Numbered from the stretch's first letter, positions 41,155-55,799 are shown. The stretch is 64,000 nt of DNA from Malacoraja senta (GCA_038087875.1 JAXLNO010000645.1:372001-436000), one strand, 5' to 3'. The notes: generated by a model not told the origin, from the sequence alone. A program made the numbers and translations.

Positions 41155-41915
41155 TTTTTTTTTTTTTAATATTTTTATTTTATTAGAAGTAATTACAGTA
41201 ATATGATACCAAGGTGCCTAATATATATTGGCAGTTTACATTTTATGTACAGCTTCCTGTTTGTTTTTAATATTAAAAGAGAGAAAGAGAGAATAGATAA
41301 TAAAAATAGAAAAATGTGTGAAAAGGGAAAGGGGGGAAAGAGGGAAAGTGGAGAAAAAAAAGGAGAGAGAAAGAGAAAGTAGAGAGTAGGAGATTATAGG
41401 AGATAGTTATTTATATTCTTGACCATCCCTCACCCAGTCCTGAAACAGTGGGTTTCTACGATTGTGTTGCACCATATGCTTCCAAGAAGTCGATAAACGG
41501 ACACCAACTCGTCTGATTTGGTTTGATTTATCTATTAGGAGGAATCACATATCTTCAAGATGTGCAGTGTCCAACAAGTTTGAAATCCACATTTTAAGCG
41601 TTGGAATGGGTGTATTTTTCCAAAATTTAAGTATACGTTTTTTTTTCCGTTATTAACCCATAATTAAAAAATGAATTTTGAAATGTGTTCAATTTGTTCC
41701 CGTCTTCCGTTACTCCAAATATAATAATTTCAGTGTTAGGCTCCATTTTTATCTTGAATAATTTTGTAAACATTTCAAAAATATCGCTCCAGAATTTATA
41801 ACGTTTTATGCAGAAACAAAAGAGTGTGTTATAGTGGCATTTTGAGATAAACATTTATCGCAAATGGGAGAAGTATTTGGATAGAATTTACTCAGTCTAG
41901 TTTTTGAATAATATA
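41155..41915 (-). mobile_element. L1-clade LINE 3' fragment
   Basis: Poly-T at ~41155; ORF 41627..41854 (FWSDIFEMFTKLFKI..IIIFG..NYGLI). Confidence 0.88.
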
Positions 41916-43742
41916 AGTCAAGTCAAGTCAAGTCACATTATTTATACAGCACATTTAAAAAACAACTCTCGTTGGCCAAAGTGCTTTACATTTGTTATAA
42001 GAATAGGACAAGCAAAACAAACTACATACATATATACATGTAGCCCTCATTCAGAGGACGTCAGGAAAGGCTTGGGAGTATAGATAAGTCTTTAGTCTTG
42101 ACTTAAAAGAGTCGATGGAGGGGGCAGTTCTGATGGGAAAGAGGATGCTGTTCCACAGTCTAGGGGCTGCAACCGCAAAGGCGCGGTCGCCCCTGAGCTT
42201 ATGCCTAGACCGTGGGATATTCAGCAACCCCAAGTCGGCCGATCTGAGGGCCTGGAGGTGGAGTGGTGGGTGAGAAGACTTTTTATGTAGATGGGGGCAA
42301 GCCCATTGAGGGCTTTGTAGACATGGAGGAGGATCTTGAAGTTTATATGGAACCGCACAGGGAGACAGTGGAGAGAGGCCAGGATCGGGGTGATGTGGTC
42401 CCTTTTTCGGGTGCCCGTCAGGAGTCTCGCTGCGGCGTTTTGGACCAGTTGCAGGCGGGACAGGGACGATTGGCTGATGCCAGTGTAAAGGGAGTTGCAG
42501 TAATCTAGGCGGGAGGAGATGAATGTGTGGATGATCTTTTCCAGGTCATCAAACTGGAGGAATTGTTTTATTTTAGCTATCGTCCGAAGCTGAAAGAAGC
42601 TAGCTTTTACCACGGCATTGGCTTGTTTGTCAAATTTCAGTGCTGAGTCAAATATCACGGCAAGGTTTTTGACGTGAGGTTTGAGTAGTGGGGTAAGGCT
42701 GCCTGCTATCATTTTGATTGAGTCCGAGGGGCCGAGAAGGATGACCTCAGACTTACTCTCGTTTAGTTGGAGGAAGTTCTGGGCCATCCAACACTTTATG
42801 TCCTCGAGGCAGTGGGTAAGGTTAAACCGATTTGATTGTTTTTTGGGCTTCAGAGGGAGATAGAGTTGTGTATCGTCTGCATAGCAATGGAAGGAAATGC
42901 CGTGCCTTTCAATGACTTGGCCTAAGGGGAGCATATACAGGGAGAAGAGAATGGGGCCAAGGATGGAACCTTGTGGAACCCCACAGCAGAGATTAGCTGG
43001 GGAGGAGAATGATTTGCCTATGTTAGTCGAGAAACTCCTACCTTTGAGGTAGGAGATGAACTAGCACAGGGCAGTGCCATCAATACCAACCACATACCGG
43101 AGACAGTCAATTAGGATGGTGTGGTCGACAGTATCAAATGCTGCGCTGAGGTCAAGAAGGAGTAGAATTGCACAGTCACCGGAGTCAACGGTGAGCAGTA
43201 GGTCATTGTGTACCTTCAACAAGGCAGACTCTGTGCTATGGTGAGCCCTGAAACCTGATTGGAAAGTTTCCAAGATAGTGTTTTGGTGAAGGTAAGGTAT
43301 AAGTTGACAAAATTACCTTTTCAAGGGCTTTTGAGAGGAAAGGCAGTTTAGAAATGGGTCTGTAGTTGCTTGGCAAGGTGGGGTCGAGGTTAGGTTTTTT
43401 CAGGAGTGGTTGGACCACCGCATGCTTGAAGCAGGTAGGTACAGTGCCAGTGGCCAGAGAGCTGTTGAAGATGGCGAGGATGCTGGGACCAGCTGTTGTA
43501 ATGACGTCCTTTAGGAGGGCAGAGGGGACAGTGTCGAGGGGGAAGGTAGTAGGTTTCATGGTGGTGATCAGTTTTACAAGGGAGGGTAGAGTAACGGGTT
43601 GGAAACTGTCTAATTTTGAAGAGCAGACCAATGAGACAGCCAGGTCACAGGTGGGAGGGGAAATATTCGTTCTTATATTCTTTACCTTGCTGGTGAAAAA
43701 TGTGGTAAATTCATCGCACTTAGCATGGGACCCAGTTAGGGT
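41916..43742 (-). mobile_element. L2-clade LINE (RT and 3' end), frameshifted
   Basis: NYRPISKLPFLSK, FQSGFRAHHSTESAL, LLDLSAAFDTVDH, FHCYADDTQLY, SRLDYCNSL, QLVQNAAARLL; (TTGAC)n tail. Confidence 0.92.
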
Positions 43743-44035
43743 CTGTACCTGAACATGCAATTTTTCCATATTAGAACAATAAGCTTTAAGCCCATAGAAT
43801 GTTCCTAATAGCTCTAGGTAATTTATACCTTGATTTTCAAGCAAAGGTACTTCCTCCACATACCATCTACCTCCACGGCTGGAAACAGTATTAGTTGCGC
43901 CCCATCCTAGTCAGTAGACTAACGGAAGGTGTTTCTACCAGAATTTGTCTGGAAGCATTAGATACATTGTTAATCCTCCATTTTAATTACTTTATAGGCT
44001 GAATTGTCAATTGCTTGGGCCTATTCTTTAGGGGT
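43743..44035 (-). mobile_element. DIRS-type retrotransposon RNase H fragment
   Basis: GWGA(T)-like ..GGRW....INYLELLG.FYGLKAY......HVQVQ. Confidence 0.65.
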
Positions 44036-47011
44036 AGGTGCAGGAAGATTGTTCCCGATGCTGGGGAAGTCCAGAACAAGGGGTCACAGTTTAAGGATAA
44101 AGGGGAAATATTTTAGGACCGAGATGAGAAAAAAAAAATCACACAGAGAGTGGTGAATCTGTGGAATTCTCTGCCACAGAAGGTAGTTGAGGCCAGTTCA
44201 TTGGCTATATTTAAGAGGGAGTTAGATGTGGCCCTTGTGGCTAAAGGGATCAGGGGGTATGGAGAGAAAGCAGGTACAGGATACTGAGTTGGATGATCAG
44301 CCATGATCATATTGAATGGTGATGCAGGCTCGAAGGGCCGAATGGCCTACTCCTGCACCTATTGTCTATGTTTCTATGGACGTGCCCTGACCAAAGATGG
44401 CCGCCTCCCCGATCTCACCTCCCATTGACTGCAATGTGCCCTGACCAAAGATGGCCGCCACCTGGAGAAGAGAGGGAAAATTAGATAGAGAAGGAGAGAG
44501 GGAGAAGAGGAAGCCAGAGAAGGGGGGAGAGAGAAAGAGAAAGAAAGAGGGAGCGAGACAGAGAAAAAAATGAAGGCTTCCTGTAGCTAAGATGGCCGTC
44601 CAGGGCTTCTCTCCCATTGACTACAATGGAAGACTGCCAGTAGACAAGATGGCCGCCTGCAGCTCCAAGGGAAATGCCAGCATCCATTATGCCCGCCCTC
44701 GGCTTCACGCTCATTGACTTCAATGGCTGTCTGCCAGTAGCTAAAATGGCGGTGGCGAGGGGGGGGGGAGAAGGGGGGAGAGAGAGAGAGAGTGGGAAGG
44801 GGGAACATTACTATTTGGGGAAATGAGAGAATAGACGGTAAAAGTGGGAGAGAGAGAGAGAGAGAGATTAGGGAGAGAAGGGGTAGAGAGAGGGAGGGGG
44901 TGTATGCGTGCGTGTCTGGGGATTATTGCCTCCTCACCAACCCCTCTCCCTCCTCTTCCTCTCCCCTTGTTCCCTCCCACCCTCTCGCTCTCTCTCCACA
45001 TCTCCCTCTCTCTCGCTCCTCCTTCCCCGGTGGCCATTTTGTTGTCAACCTCTATTGATGGCCAATCTTCAATACCTCCTTAATCTCACCCCTGGAGCGC
45101 TGCTGACACCGGGTTCTTCCCCGGGAGAGCGCCCCCTTTGGGAGGGAGGGAGGAAGGGAGGGATTGAGAGGAAGGGAGGGGTACGGAGGCAGACATGCTG
45201 AAGAAGAAATATAGAAACATAGAAAATAGGTGCAGGAGGAGGCCATTCGGCCATTCGAGCATGCACCGCCATTCATTGTGATCATGGCTGATCGTCCCCT
45301 ATCAATAACCCGTGCCTGCCTTCTCCCCATATCCCTTGACTCCACCAGCCCCAAGAGCGCTATCTAACTCTCTCTTAAATCCACCCAGAGATTTGGCCTC
45401 TACTGCCCTCTGTGGCAGAAAATTCCATAAATTCACAACTTTTTGGGAGAAAACGTTTTTCCTCACCTCAGTCTTAAATGAACTCCCCTTTATTCTAATA
45501 CTGTGGCCCCTGGTTCTGGAATCGCCCAACATTGGGAACATTTTTCCTGCATCGAGCTTGTCTGGGACACTTACCCTGACGGTGGCCATTTTGTTGTCAA
45601 CCTCCATAGTTGGCCAATCTTCCATCTCTCCTTAATCTCACCTCTGGAGCCCTGCTGACCCCGGGTTCTTCCCCGGGAGAGCGCCCCGTTGGGAGGGAGG
45701 GATTAAGAGGAAAGGAGGGCCACAGAGGCGAAAATGATGAATGAATTAATAAGTTTATTGGCCAAGTATTCACATACAAGGAATTTGCCTTGGTGCTCTG
45801 TCCGCAAGTGACCACATGACATACAGTGACAGTTAGGAATGACATATAAAACATTAATAATAACACATTAGCGATTAAACATGTGAATTAAATAAAATAC
45901 CAAAGCAAAAGGAGGCGACAGATTTTTCATTACTACTCGTGGAAACAAAAGCTGTTTTTATGTCTGGCTGTGGCGGCCATGACAGTCCGGAGTCGCCTTC
46001 AGAGGGAAGTGATACAAAGAGAAGACACTTAACCTAACGGCGGCCATTTTGTTGTCGACCTCCATTGTTGCCAGTCTTCAGTCCCTCCTTAATCTCACCC
46101 TGGAGCCGTTTAAAATCTCATCTCCATTCTCTCCTCCCTCTCCCTTTCTCTCCCCCTCTCCTCTTTCTCTCCCCCCTCTCTCACTCCCCTCTCTCTCCCC
46201 CTCTCTCTCTCCCTCTCTCTCGCCCCTCTCTCTCTCCTCTCTCTCTCCCCCCTCTCTCTCCTCCCCATCCCCCTTCTCTCCCCCATCTTTCACCCTCTCT
46301 CTCCCCATCTCTTTTCCTTCCTCTCTCCCTCTCCTCCCTCTCTCTCCCTCCTCTCTCTCTCCCCTCTCTCTCTCTCCCCTCTCTCTCTCTCTCCCCTCTC
46401 TCTCTCTCTCTCCCTCCCCCCTCTCCCTCTCCCCTCTCTTCCCCAGCCTCTCTCTCTTTATAAACAGAACTTACGTCAGCTAAACTATAATAAATTAAAC
46501 TAAAAACTGTCAAACTCTCTCTCCCGCCTCTCTCTCCCCCCTCTCTCTCTCTCCCCTCTCTCTCTCCCCCCTCTCTCTCCCTCCCCACCCTCTCTTCTCT
46601 CCCCTCTCTCCCCCTCTCTCTTTATAAACAAAACTTAAGTCAGCTAAACTATAATAAACTAAACAAAAAATAAAATCAAACTCTTTCTCCCCCTTCCCCT
46701 GTCTCTCCCCTCTCTTTCTCCCCTGTCTCTCTCCCCCTCTCTACCTTCCCCCTCTTTCTCTCTCCCCTCTCTCTCCCCTCTCCCCCCCTTTCTCCCCCTC
46801 TCTTTCCCCCTCTCTCTCTCTCTCCCCTCTCTCCCCTTCTCCCTCCCCTTCTCTCTCAAAACACTTACATTAACAGACACATGAGAAGGTTTTCCACAAT
46901 GTTTTAAAGTCACGTTTATCGCTAGAGTTCGAACGACTGAATTTTCACACGTGTACATTTGTTCCACTCTGTTGACATTTCCTAAATCAACATAGAGCAT
47001 TTGAGTTGAGT

Positions 47012-48905
47012 GTAAAAGAAGGAACTGCAGATGCTGGAAAATCGAAGGTACACAAAAATGCTGGAGAAACTCAGCGGGTGCAGCAGCATCTATGGAGCGA
47101 AGGAAATAGGCAACGTTTCGGGCCGAAACCATTCTTCAGACTGATAGGGGGTGGGGAGAAGAAAGGTAAAAAGGAAAAAAGGGCGGAGGAGGAGCCCGAG
47201 GGCAGGGGGGTGGCAGGAGACAACCAGAGGGCTGATGAAGGGGAGGGGACAGCAAGGGCAAGCAGAATTGGAGAATTCAATGTTCATCCCCCAGGGTGTA
47301 GACTGCCCAAGCGGAATATGAGGTGCATTTCCTCCAATATCCGGTGTTGCTCGCTGTGGCCATGGAGGAGACCCAGGACAGAGAGGTCAGATACGGAATG
47401 GGAGGGGGAGTTGAAGTGCTGAGCCACCGGGAGGTCAGGTTGGTTATTGCGGACCGACCGGAGGTGTTCGGCGAAACGATCGGCAAGCTTGGTCTCACCG
47501 ATGTAGATCAGCTGACATCTAGAGGAGCGGATGCAATAGATGAGGTTGGAGGAGATGCAGGTGAACCTCTGTCGCACACGGAACAACTGCTTGAGTCCTT
47601 GAAGAGTCGAGGGGAGAGGTAAAGGGACAAGTGTTGCATCTCTTGCGGTTGCAAGGGAAAGTAACCGGGGAGGGGGTGGTACGGGAGGGAAAGGAAGAAT
47701 TGACAAGGGAGTTATGGAGGGAGTGGTCTTTGCAGAAGGCAGACATGGGGGGAGAAGGGAAGATGTGGCGAGTGGTGTGGTCACGTTGGAGGTGGCGAAA
47801 CTGACGGAGGATCACGGCTGACGGCTGTGGGGTGAAAGGTGAGGACTGTGACGGCTGGTGGGGTGAAAGGTGAGGACTAGGGGGACTCTGCCCTTGTTGT
47901 GAGTGGGGTATGGGGAGAGAGAGCAGTGTTGCGGGGTATGGCAGAGACCCTGGTGCGAGCCTCATCTATGGTGGAGGAGGGGAACCCCCGTTCCCTGAAG
48001 AATGAGGACATTTCAGATGCCCTGGTGTGGAACGCCTCATCCTGGGAGCAGATGCGGCGTAGACGGAGGAATTGTGAGTGGGGGATGGAGTCCTTACAGG
48101 AAGCAGGGTGGGAAGAAGTGTAGTCCAGAAAGCCATGGGAGTCGGTAGGTTTGTAGTGGATGTCGGGATGACGTCTATCACCTGCGATGGAGATAGTGAG
48201 GTCAAGGAATGGTAGGGAAGTGTTGGAAATGGTCCAGGTGTATTTGAGTGCCGGATGGAAGTTGGTGGTGAAGCGGATGAAGTCAGTCAGTTGTGTGTGG
48301 GTGCAGGAGGTGGCACCAAAACAGTCATCGATGTAGCAGAGGTAGTGGTCGGGGATGGGGCCCTGGTATGTATTGAACAAGGATTGTTCTACGTACCCGA
48401 CAAAGAGGCAGGCGTAGCTGGGACCCATGCGTGTGCCCATAGCTACGCCTTGTATTTGGAGGAAATGGGAGGAGTCAAATGAGAAGTTATTGAGGGTAAG
48501 GACCAGCTCCGCTAGGCGGAGGAGGGTGTCAGTGGCCGGGTATAGGTTGTTTCTCTGGTTGAGGAAAAACCGGAGAGCTTCGAGACCATCCTGGTGGACG
48601 ATTGAGGTGTAGAGTGACTGGACGTCCATGGTGAAGATGAGGGGTGAGACCCTAGAGAGTGGAATGCGCGGAGACGACGGAGAGTGTCTGAGGTGTCTTG
48701 AACATAGGTAGGGAGGGATTTAACCAAGGGGGATAGGATGGAGTCGAGATAGGTGGAGATGAGTTCGGTGGGGCACGAACAGGCAGAGACAATGGATCTA
48801 CCGGGACAGTCACGTTTGTGGATTTTGGGGAGAAGGTAAAATCGGGCCGTATGGGGCTGGGGAACGATGAGGTTGACGATGAGGAACGATGACGGTTCGA
48901 CTAAG
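47012..48905 (-). mobile_element. Penelope-like element (RT + GIY-YIG + terminal repeat), disrupted
   Basis: FYLLPKIHK..PGRSIVS, MDVQSLYTSI, QGVAMG, YIDD, FLDL; NLIYCI...YIGETK; hammerhead-like terminal motif. Confidence 0.93.
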
Positions 48906-49084
48906 GTATGCCATTCGCTTTCTTCACTGCCTGCTGTACCTGCATGCTTACTTTCATTGACTGATGAACAAGGACCCCCAGATCCCGTTGTACTTCCACT
49001 TTTCCCAACAACGCCATTTAGATAGTAATCATATTTAGTATTTTGTTGCATATCCTTTGCATGCAATGTATGCATTGTCATTGG

Positions 49085-51050
49085 AAGAATATAAAGCAGA
49101 ATAGTAAAAGCTTCTTTAGGTATGTGAAGAGAAAAAAATTAGTTAAGACCAAAGTTAGACCCTTGAAGACCGAAAAAGGTGAATTTATTATGGGGAACTA
49201 GGAAATGGCAGATGAGTTGAACAGGTACTTTGGATCTGTCTTCACTAAGGAGGACAACAATCTTCCTGATATAGTAGTGGCCAGCGGATCTGGGGTGACA
49301 GAGGAACTGAAGGAAATCCACATTAGGCAGGACATGGTGTTGGATAGACTGATGGGAATGAAGGCTGATAAATCCCCAGGGCCTGATGGTCTGCATCCCA
49401 GGGTACTTAAGGAAGTGGGTCGAGAAATCGTGGATGCATTGGTGATAATTTTCCAATGTTCTTTAGACTCAGGATCAGTTCCTGCGGATTGGAGGATTGC
49501 TAATGTTATCCCACTTTATAAGAAAGGCGGGAGAGAGAAAACGGAATTATAGACCAGTTAGCCTGACATCGGTGGTGGGGAAGATGCTGGAGTCAATTAT
49601 TAAAGATGAGATAGCCGAATATTTGGATAACAGTAACAGGATCGGTCCGAGTCAGCATGGATTTACGAAGGGGAAATCATGCTTGACTAATCTTCTGGAA
49701 TTTTTTGAAGATGTAACTAGGAAAATGGACAAGGGAGAGCCAGTGGATGTAGTGTACCTGCACTTTCAGAAAGCATTTCATAAGGTCCCACATAGGAGAT
49801 TAGTGGGCAAAATTAGGGCACATGGTTTTGGGGGTAGAGTGCTGACATGGATAGAAAATTGGTTGGAAGACAGGAAACAAAGTGTAGGGATTAACAGGTC
49901 CCTTTCAGAATGGCAGGGAGTGACGAGTGGGGTATCACAAGGCTCGGTGCTGGGGCCGCAACTATTTACAATATACATCAATGATTTGGATGAAGGGATT
50001 CAAAGTAACATTAGCAAATTTGCAGATGACACAAAGCTGGGTGGCAGTGTGAACTGCGAGGAGGATGCTATGAGAATGCAGGGTGACTTGGACAGGTTGG
50101 GGAGTGAGCAGATGCATGGCAGATGAAGTTTAATGTGGATAAATGTGAGGTTATCCACTTTGGTGGCAAAAACAGGAAGGCAGATTACTATCTAAATGGC
50201 GTCAAGTTGAGTTAAGGGGAAGTACAGCGGTATCTGGGGGTCCTTGTTCATCAGTCTATGAAAGTAAGCATGCAGGTACAGCAGGCAGTGAAGAAAGGGA
50301 ATGGCATTTTGGCCTTTATAACAAGAGTAGTCGAGTATAAGAGCAAAGAGGTCTTTCTCCAGTTGTACAGAGCCCTCGTGAGACCACACCTGGAGTATTG
50401 TGTGCAGTTTTGGCCTGTTGGCCTTCATTACAAGAGGAATCGAATATAGGAGCAAAGAGGTCATTCTGCAGTTGTACAGGGCCCTAGTAAGACCACACCT
50501 GGAGTATTGTGTGCAGTTTTGGTCCCCTAATTTGAGGAAGGACATTCTTGCTATTGAGGGAGTGCAGCATAGGTTTACAAGGTTAATTCCCGGGTTGGCG
50601 GGACTGACATATGCTGAGAGAATGGAGCAGCTGGGCTTGTACACACTGGAGTTTGGAAGTATGAGAGGGAATCTCATTGAAACATAAGATTGTTAAGGGT
50701 TTGGACACGCTAGAGGCAGGAAACATGTTCCCGATGTTGGGGGAGTCCAGAACCAGGGGCCACGGTTTAAGAATAAGGGGTAAGCCATTTAGAACGGAGA
50801 CAAGGAAACACTTTTTCTCACGGAGAGTTGTGAGTCTGTGGAATTCTCTGCCTCAGAGGGCGGTGGAGGCCGGTTCTCTGGATGCTTTCAAGAGAGAGCT
50901 CGATAGCGCTCTTAAAGATAGCGGAGTCAGGGGATATGAGGAGAAGGCAGGAACGGGATACTGATTGGGGATGATCAGCCATGATCACATTGAATGGCGG
51001 TGCTGGCTGGAAGGGCCGAATGGCCTGCTCCTGCACCTATTGTCTATTGA
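49085..51050 (+). mobile_element. CR1-clade LINE, 5'-truncated, with internal duplication (~50300-50520); short inverted piece at ~48905-49030
   Basis: ORFs 49205..49552, 49497..50126 (FADDTKL), 50400..50687 and 50677..50964; (CTATTGT)n tail. Confidence 0.92.
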
Positions 51051-54000
51051 AGTCTGTGATTCATGGACATCGCCAGTTGCTGTGTGTCTTCTCTGGTGAT
51101 GCTCTGCCAGGCCTGCATTGCAGCCATCTTTAAGCTGATGCTTGTTTTGGGGGCTAGTCCCGTTCACTTTTCTCTTCAGCATATAAAAGGCACGTTCCAT
51201 TGGGTTCATATCGGGTTAAGCAGCTCAAATGTTAAATGCTACGAATGCATCGCGTTGGAATAACTTTGCACCCTCCCGCAAAGTTAAATGCAGCAAATGC
51301 GTTGCATTCAAGTAATATTGCAACTCCCCCACCCCGCTTGGAAGTTCAATGCATTAAATCGCTTTGCACTAATCTTGCAAAACCCCTCAAAAATGTTAAA
51401 TGCAACAAATGCATTTCATTTGGAATAACTTTGCACCCTCCTGAAATGTTAAATGCAGAAAATGCGTTGCATTAAAGTAATATTGCAAATCCCCCAGGAT
51501 GAGTATAGGAGCAGGGAGGTTCTACTGCAGTTGTACAGGGTCTTGGTGACACCACACCTGGAGTATTGTGTACAGTTTTGGTCTCCAAATCTGAGGAAGG
51601 ACATTATTCCCATAGAGGGAGTGCAGAGAAGGTTCACCAGACTGATTCCTGGGATGTCAGGACTTTCATATGAAGGAAGACTGGATAGACTCGGCTCATA
51701 CTCGCTAGAATTTAGGAGATTGAGAGGGGATCTTATAGAAACTTACAACATTCTTATGGGGTTGGACAGACTAGATGCAGGAAGATTGATCCCAATGTTG
51801 GGGAAGTCCAGAACAAGGGGTCACAGTTTAAGGATAAGGGGGAAGTCTTTTAGGACGTAGATGAGAATGTGTGTGCCTTTAAGGAATGTGTCCCGGGCCT
51901 CCTCCTTTGCCAGATTGAGGCTGTACACAACATGGAGGAACAACTCACTACCCAGTGATGTAAACATTGGATTCTCTGAGTTGAGGTAACTTCTACATAT
52001 GCTCCCCTTCCTCCTCTCCTCCCCCCCCCTCCTCCACCCTCCCACCCCCTTCTTGCACTAAAAGTCAGTTAACTAGTTCCACAGTTCACAATATATTCCT
52101 CGGATTCACACCATCCCTAGCAGACAATCAGCCTTTCAGTTAGATATAGCTCTAAGAGCTAACAGAATGAAGGGATATGGGGAGAAAGCAGGAACGGGGT
52201 ACTGATTCTGGATGATCAGCCATGATCATATTGAATGGCGGTGCTGGCTCAAAGGGCCATATGGCCTACTCCTGCACCTATTTTCTATGTTTCTGTACTG
52301 TCCTTGCCTGAGGTAATCTGTTGCCGGTCCTGATTTGTCCTGGTCCTTTCTTGCTTCCAATCCACCCCCTCCCACCCACAATCAGTCCGAAGAAGGGTCC
52401 TGATCCGAAACGTCACCTATCCATGTTCTCCACAGATGCTACCTGTCCCGCTGAGTTACTCCAACACTCTGTGAAACGTCACCTATCAATTTTCTCCAGA
52501 GATGCTGGCTCACCTGCTGAGTTACTCCAGCACTTTGTGTCTATCATTAAGAACCTTTGGTGCGACAGACCCTGGTTCGATCCTGACTACGGGTGCTGTC
52601 TCTACTGAGTCCGTATGTTCTCCCCGTGACCGCGTGGGTTTTCTCCGGGTGCACCGGTTTCCTCCCACATCCCAAAGACATGGAGGTTTGTAGGTTAATT
52701 GGCTTCTGTACATTGTCCCTAGTGTGTAGGATGATCATTGGCTGGAGTGAACTCGGTGGGCCGAAGGACCTGTTTCCACGCTGTATCACTCAACTAAACT
52801 AATTATTTGGTTTTGCAAAGCTTGAAGATGTAAGAGAAAATAAGGTGGAGTAATCTCCAAAGTTTAAAAGTTTTAATGTATCCGAGAACCAAGTGAAAAT
52901 AGAATGGGAACACAGGGAATGTTGATGTAGGAATCTATAGCAAAACACAAAGTGCTGGAGTAACTCAGCAGGTTAGGCAGCATCTGTGGAAGGAATGGGC
53001 AGGCAAAGTCATTAGAATGGGCATCCAAAGATGTGCAGATTATTGGCTTCTGTAAATTGGCCCTAGTGTGTAGGATAGTACTAGTGTACAGGTGATCGCT
53101 GGTCGGCGTGGACTCGGTGGGCCGAAGGGCCCGTTTCCACGCTGTATCTCTAAAAGCAAAACTAAAAGGTATGTAGCATAGCCAATCAGGATTAAACACT
53201 GTTTGGCTAGCAGTTCAGAAGCATAATTAGATCACAATATAGGAAGAGTTTACAGACCATACATGAGAAGACCATACATGAGAAGTTGCACATTCCACGA
53301 CTATTCATGTTTAAAAGAACATATTAATCAAAATGCTAAACTGATTTCTGGACTTGTTGTGAATCTCACTTCTCCAATTCATTTGGATCATTAGACTATT
53401 TATGGGAAACATCTGTCTAACCAGAACCAGCGACGGCTGGTAGGGTGGAAAGTGAGGACAAGGGGGATTCTGTCCTTGTTACGAGTAGGGGGATGGGGAG
53501 TGAGAGCAGAGCTGCGGGATATAGAGGAGACCCTGGTGAGAGCCTCATCTATAATCGAAGAGGGGAACCCCCGTTCCCTAAAGAATGAGGACTTCTCAGA
53601 TGCCCTGGTCTGGAACACCTCATCCTGGGTGCAGATGCGGTGTAGACGGAGGAATTGGGAGTGGGGGAGGAATGGGTAGAAGGGAGAATATGAAAACAAA
53701 GGACTGCTGATGCTGGACATAAAATGCTGGAGTAACTCAGCAGGTCAGACAGCATCTCTTGATAGAAGGAATGGGTGACGTTTCGGGTCGAGACCCTTCT
53801 TCAAACTGCTCCACTGCAGATGCTGGTCTACACAAAATATCTGAGTGGAACAGTATCTCTGGAGAACATGGATAGGCAATGTTTTGGGTCGGTAATAATG
53901 TTCATTGTATCCCTTCGTTATAACCACTTCCCCAGCCAACAATGGGCCATTATGGGCTCCACCCTTCCTTGGTCATCTGTTGCTGGCCCTGATTTGTTCT

Positions 54001-55799
54001 ATATTGGTACGTGTGTTTAAGAGAGTTAGATTTAGCTCTTAGGGCTAACGGAATCAAGAGGGATATGGGGAGAAATCAGGAACAGGGTACTGATTCTGGA
54101 TGATCAACCATGATCATATGAAATGGCGGTGCTGGCTCAAAGGGTCGAATGGCCTACTCCTGCACCTATTTTCTATGTTTCTATTCTATTCTTACCTCCA
54201 ATTCCCTCCCCTCTATTTTCAGTCTGAAGGAGAGTCCCGACCCGAAATGTCACCCATGTTAGAGCTGCTGCCTTACAGAGCCAGTGACCCAGGTTCGATC
54301 CACACTATGAGTGCTGTCTGTATGGAGTTTTACGTTCTCCCCGTGACCTTTGTGGGATTTCTCCAGGTGCTCCGGTTTCTTCCCACATGCCAAAGACGCT
54401 AGGGTTTTTAATTTGCTTCGGTAAAAATTATAAATTACCCCGAATTTGTAAAGCTGCATCAATCTTCAGACAAATGCAGCCAATATGGTCTAGTGGTGGG
54501 ATATCCAAGATGCTAAAAGTCAAACTCTTCCAGTCCGCAGTCCTCCCTACAGCTCTCTGTGCCACTGACACATGGAAAATCAATGAGAAGATGAAAAATA
54601 AATTGGATGCATCCCAACAACGCTGCTTGAGGAGGATCCTGAAGACTAGCTACAGAGACCACATCACAAACGAGGAGATCTACCGGGAAACTGCAACAAA
54701 GCCTCTTAGCCAGGACATGGAGGGACGCAGGATGAAATTTGCAGGACATGTACTCAGAATGTCAGCAGAACGTGCACCTAAGATAGCAATGACATGGCAA
54801 GCTGACGGAAGGAAAAGAGGCCGAACAAAACTCACATGAGGTGAACATTCTGCTAGGATTTGGAAGCCCGGGACGCTAACCTATCGAGGGTGGAAGACAT
54901 CGCACATAACCGAACAGAATAGCCAAAGCTTGCTGCCCAATGCACTCAACAGTGTGGGAGGAACTAAGTCTAAGTAAATAAGCGTGTGTAGGATAGTGTT
55001 AGTGTGCGGGGATCACTGATCGGCATGGACTCGGTGGGCTGAAGGGGCCGGTTTCCGTACTGTATCTCTAAACAAAACAAAAAAATTACCCATCGTTTTT
55101 CTCCAGATATGTTGCCCGGCCCATTGAGTAACTCCAGCACTTTGTGTCTATCTCGATAATGTTATTGAAGGGAGTTAACATAAATAGTGCGTGAACAGCT
55201 TATTGGGAAATCAGACTTGTGCTTGGATCTGTGATGTGTAAGAGATGGCTGTACTCCCAATACCTAATCCATACCATGGAACCAAACTCAGAACAACAAA
55301 TAAACAACATGCAGATAGCAGCGGTTAAGGTCAGAGCAGAAAAATAACAGCCGCCAAAGCCTAGTGCGTTAAATATCTCAAAACTTTATTTCAAAAAACA
55401 AATTGATGCACTGAAATTCATTAATAATAGCTATTTTCTTAAAAACTAATTAAAAACAGGGAATATTCAAAACTATTTACAAAAGTATATATACAGAAGG
55501 TTTCACTGATACCGCAGGCAATTTGTGTTTAACATCTGTGTCCAATACCGTAGATACATTTTCTTTTCACATTAGTGCACTCAATGCTGAGAGAAAGGGC
55601 CGAGATTTTGAAACTTTCATGTAGGTGGTGATTTGGAGCAGTCCGTGTCTGATGAACATATTAGTTACTGGTGTTTCAGCTAAGTTGGAGATGAAGGAAG
55701 AGAGGGGAAAAAAAGACTAGGAACTCCAGATCTTTGTTTGTGAGCTTCTTCGAACACTTGCTCACTGGAAATCATAGGCACATGGTTACCGAGAGAGAA

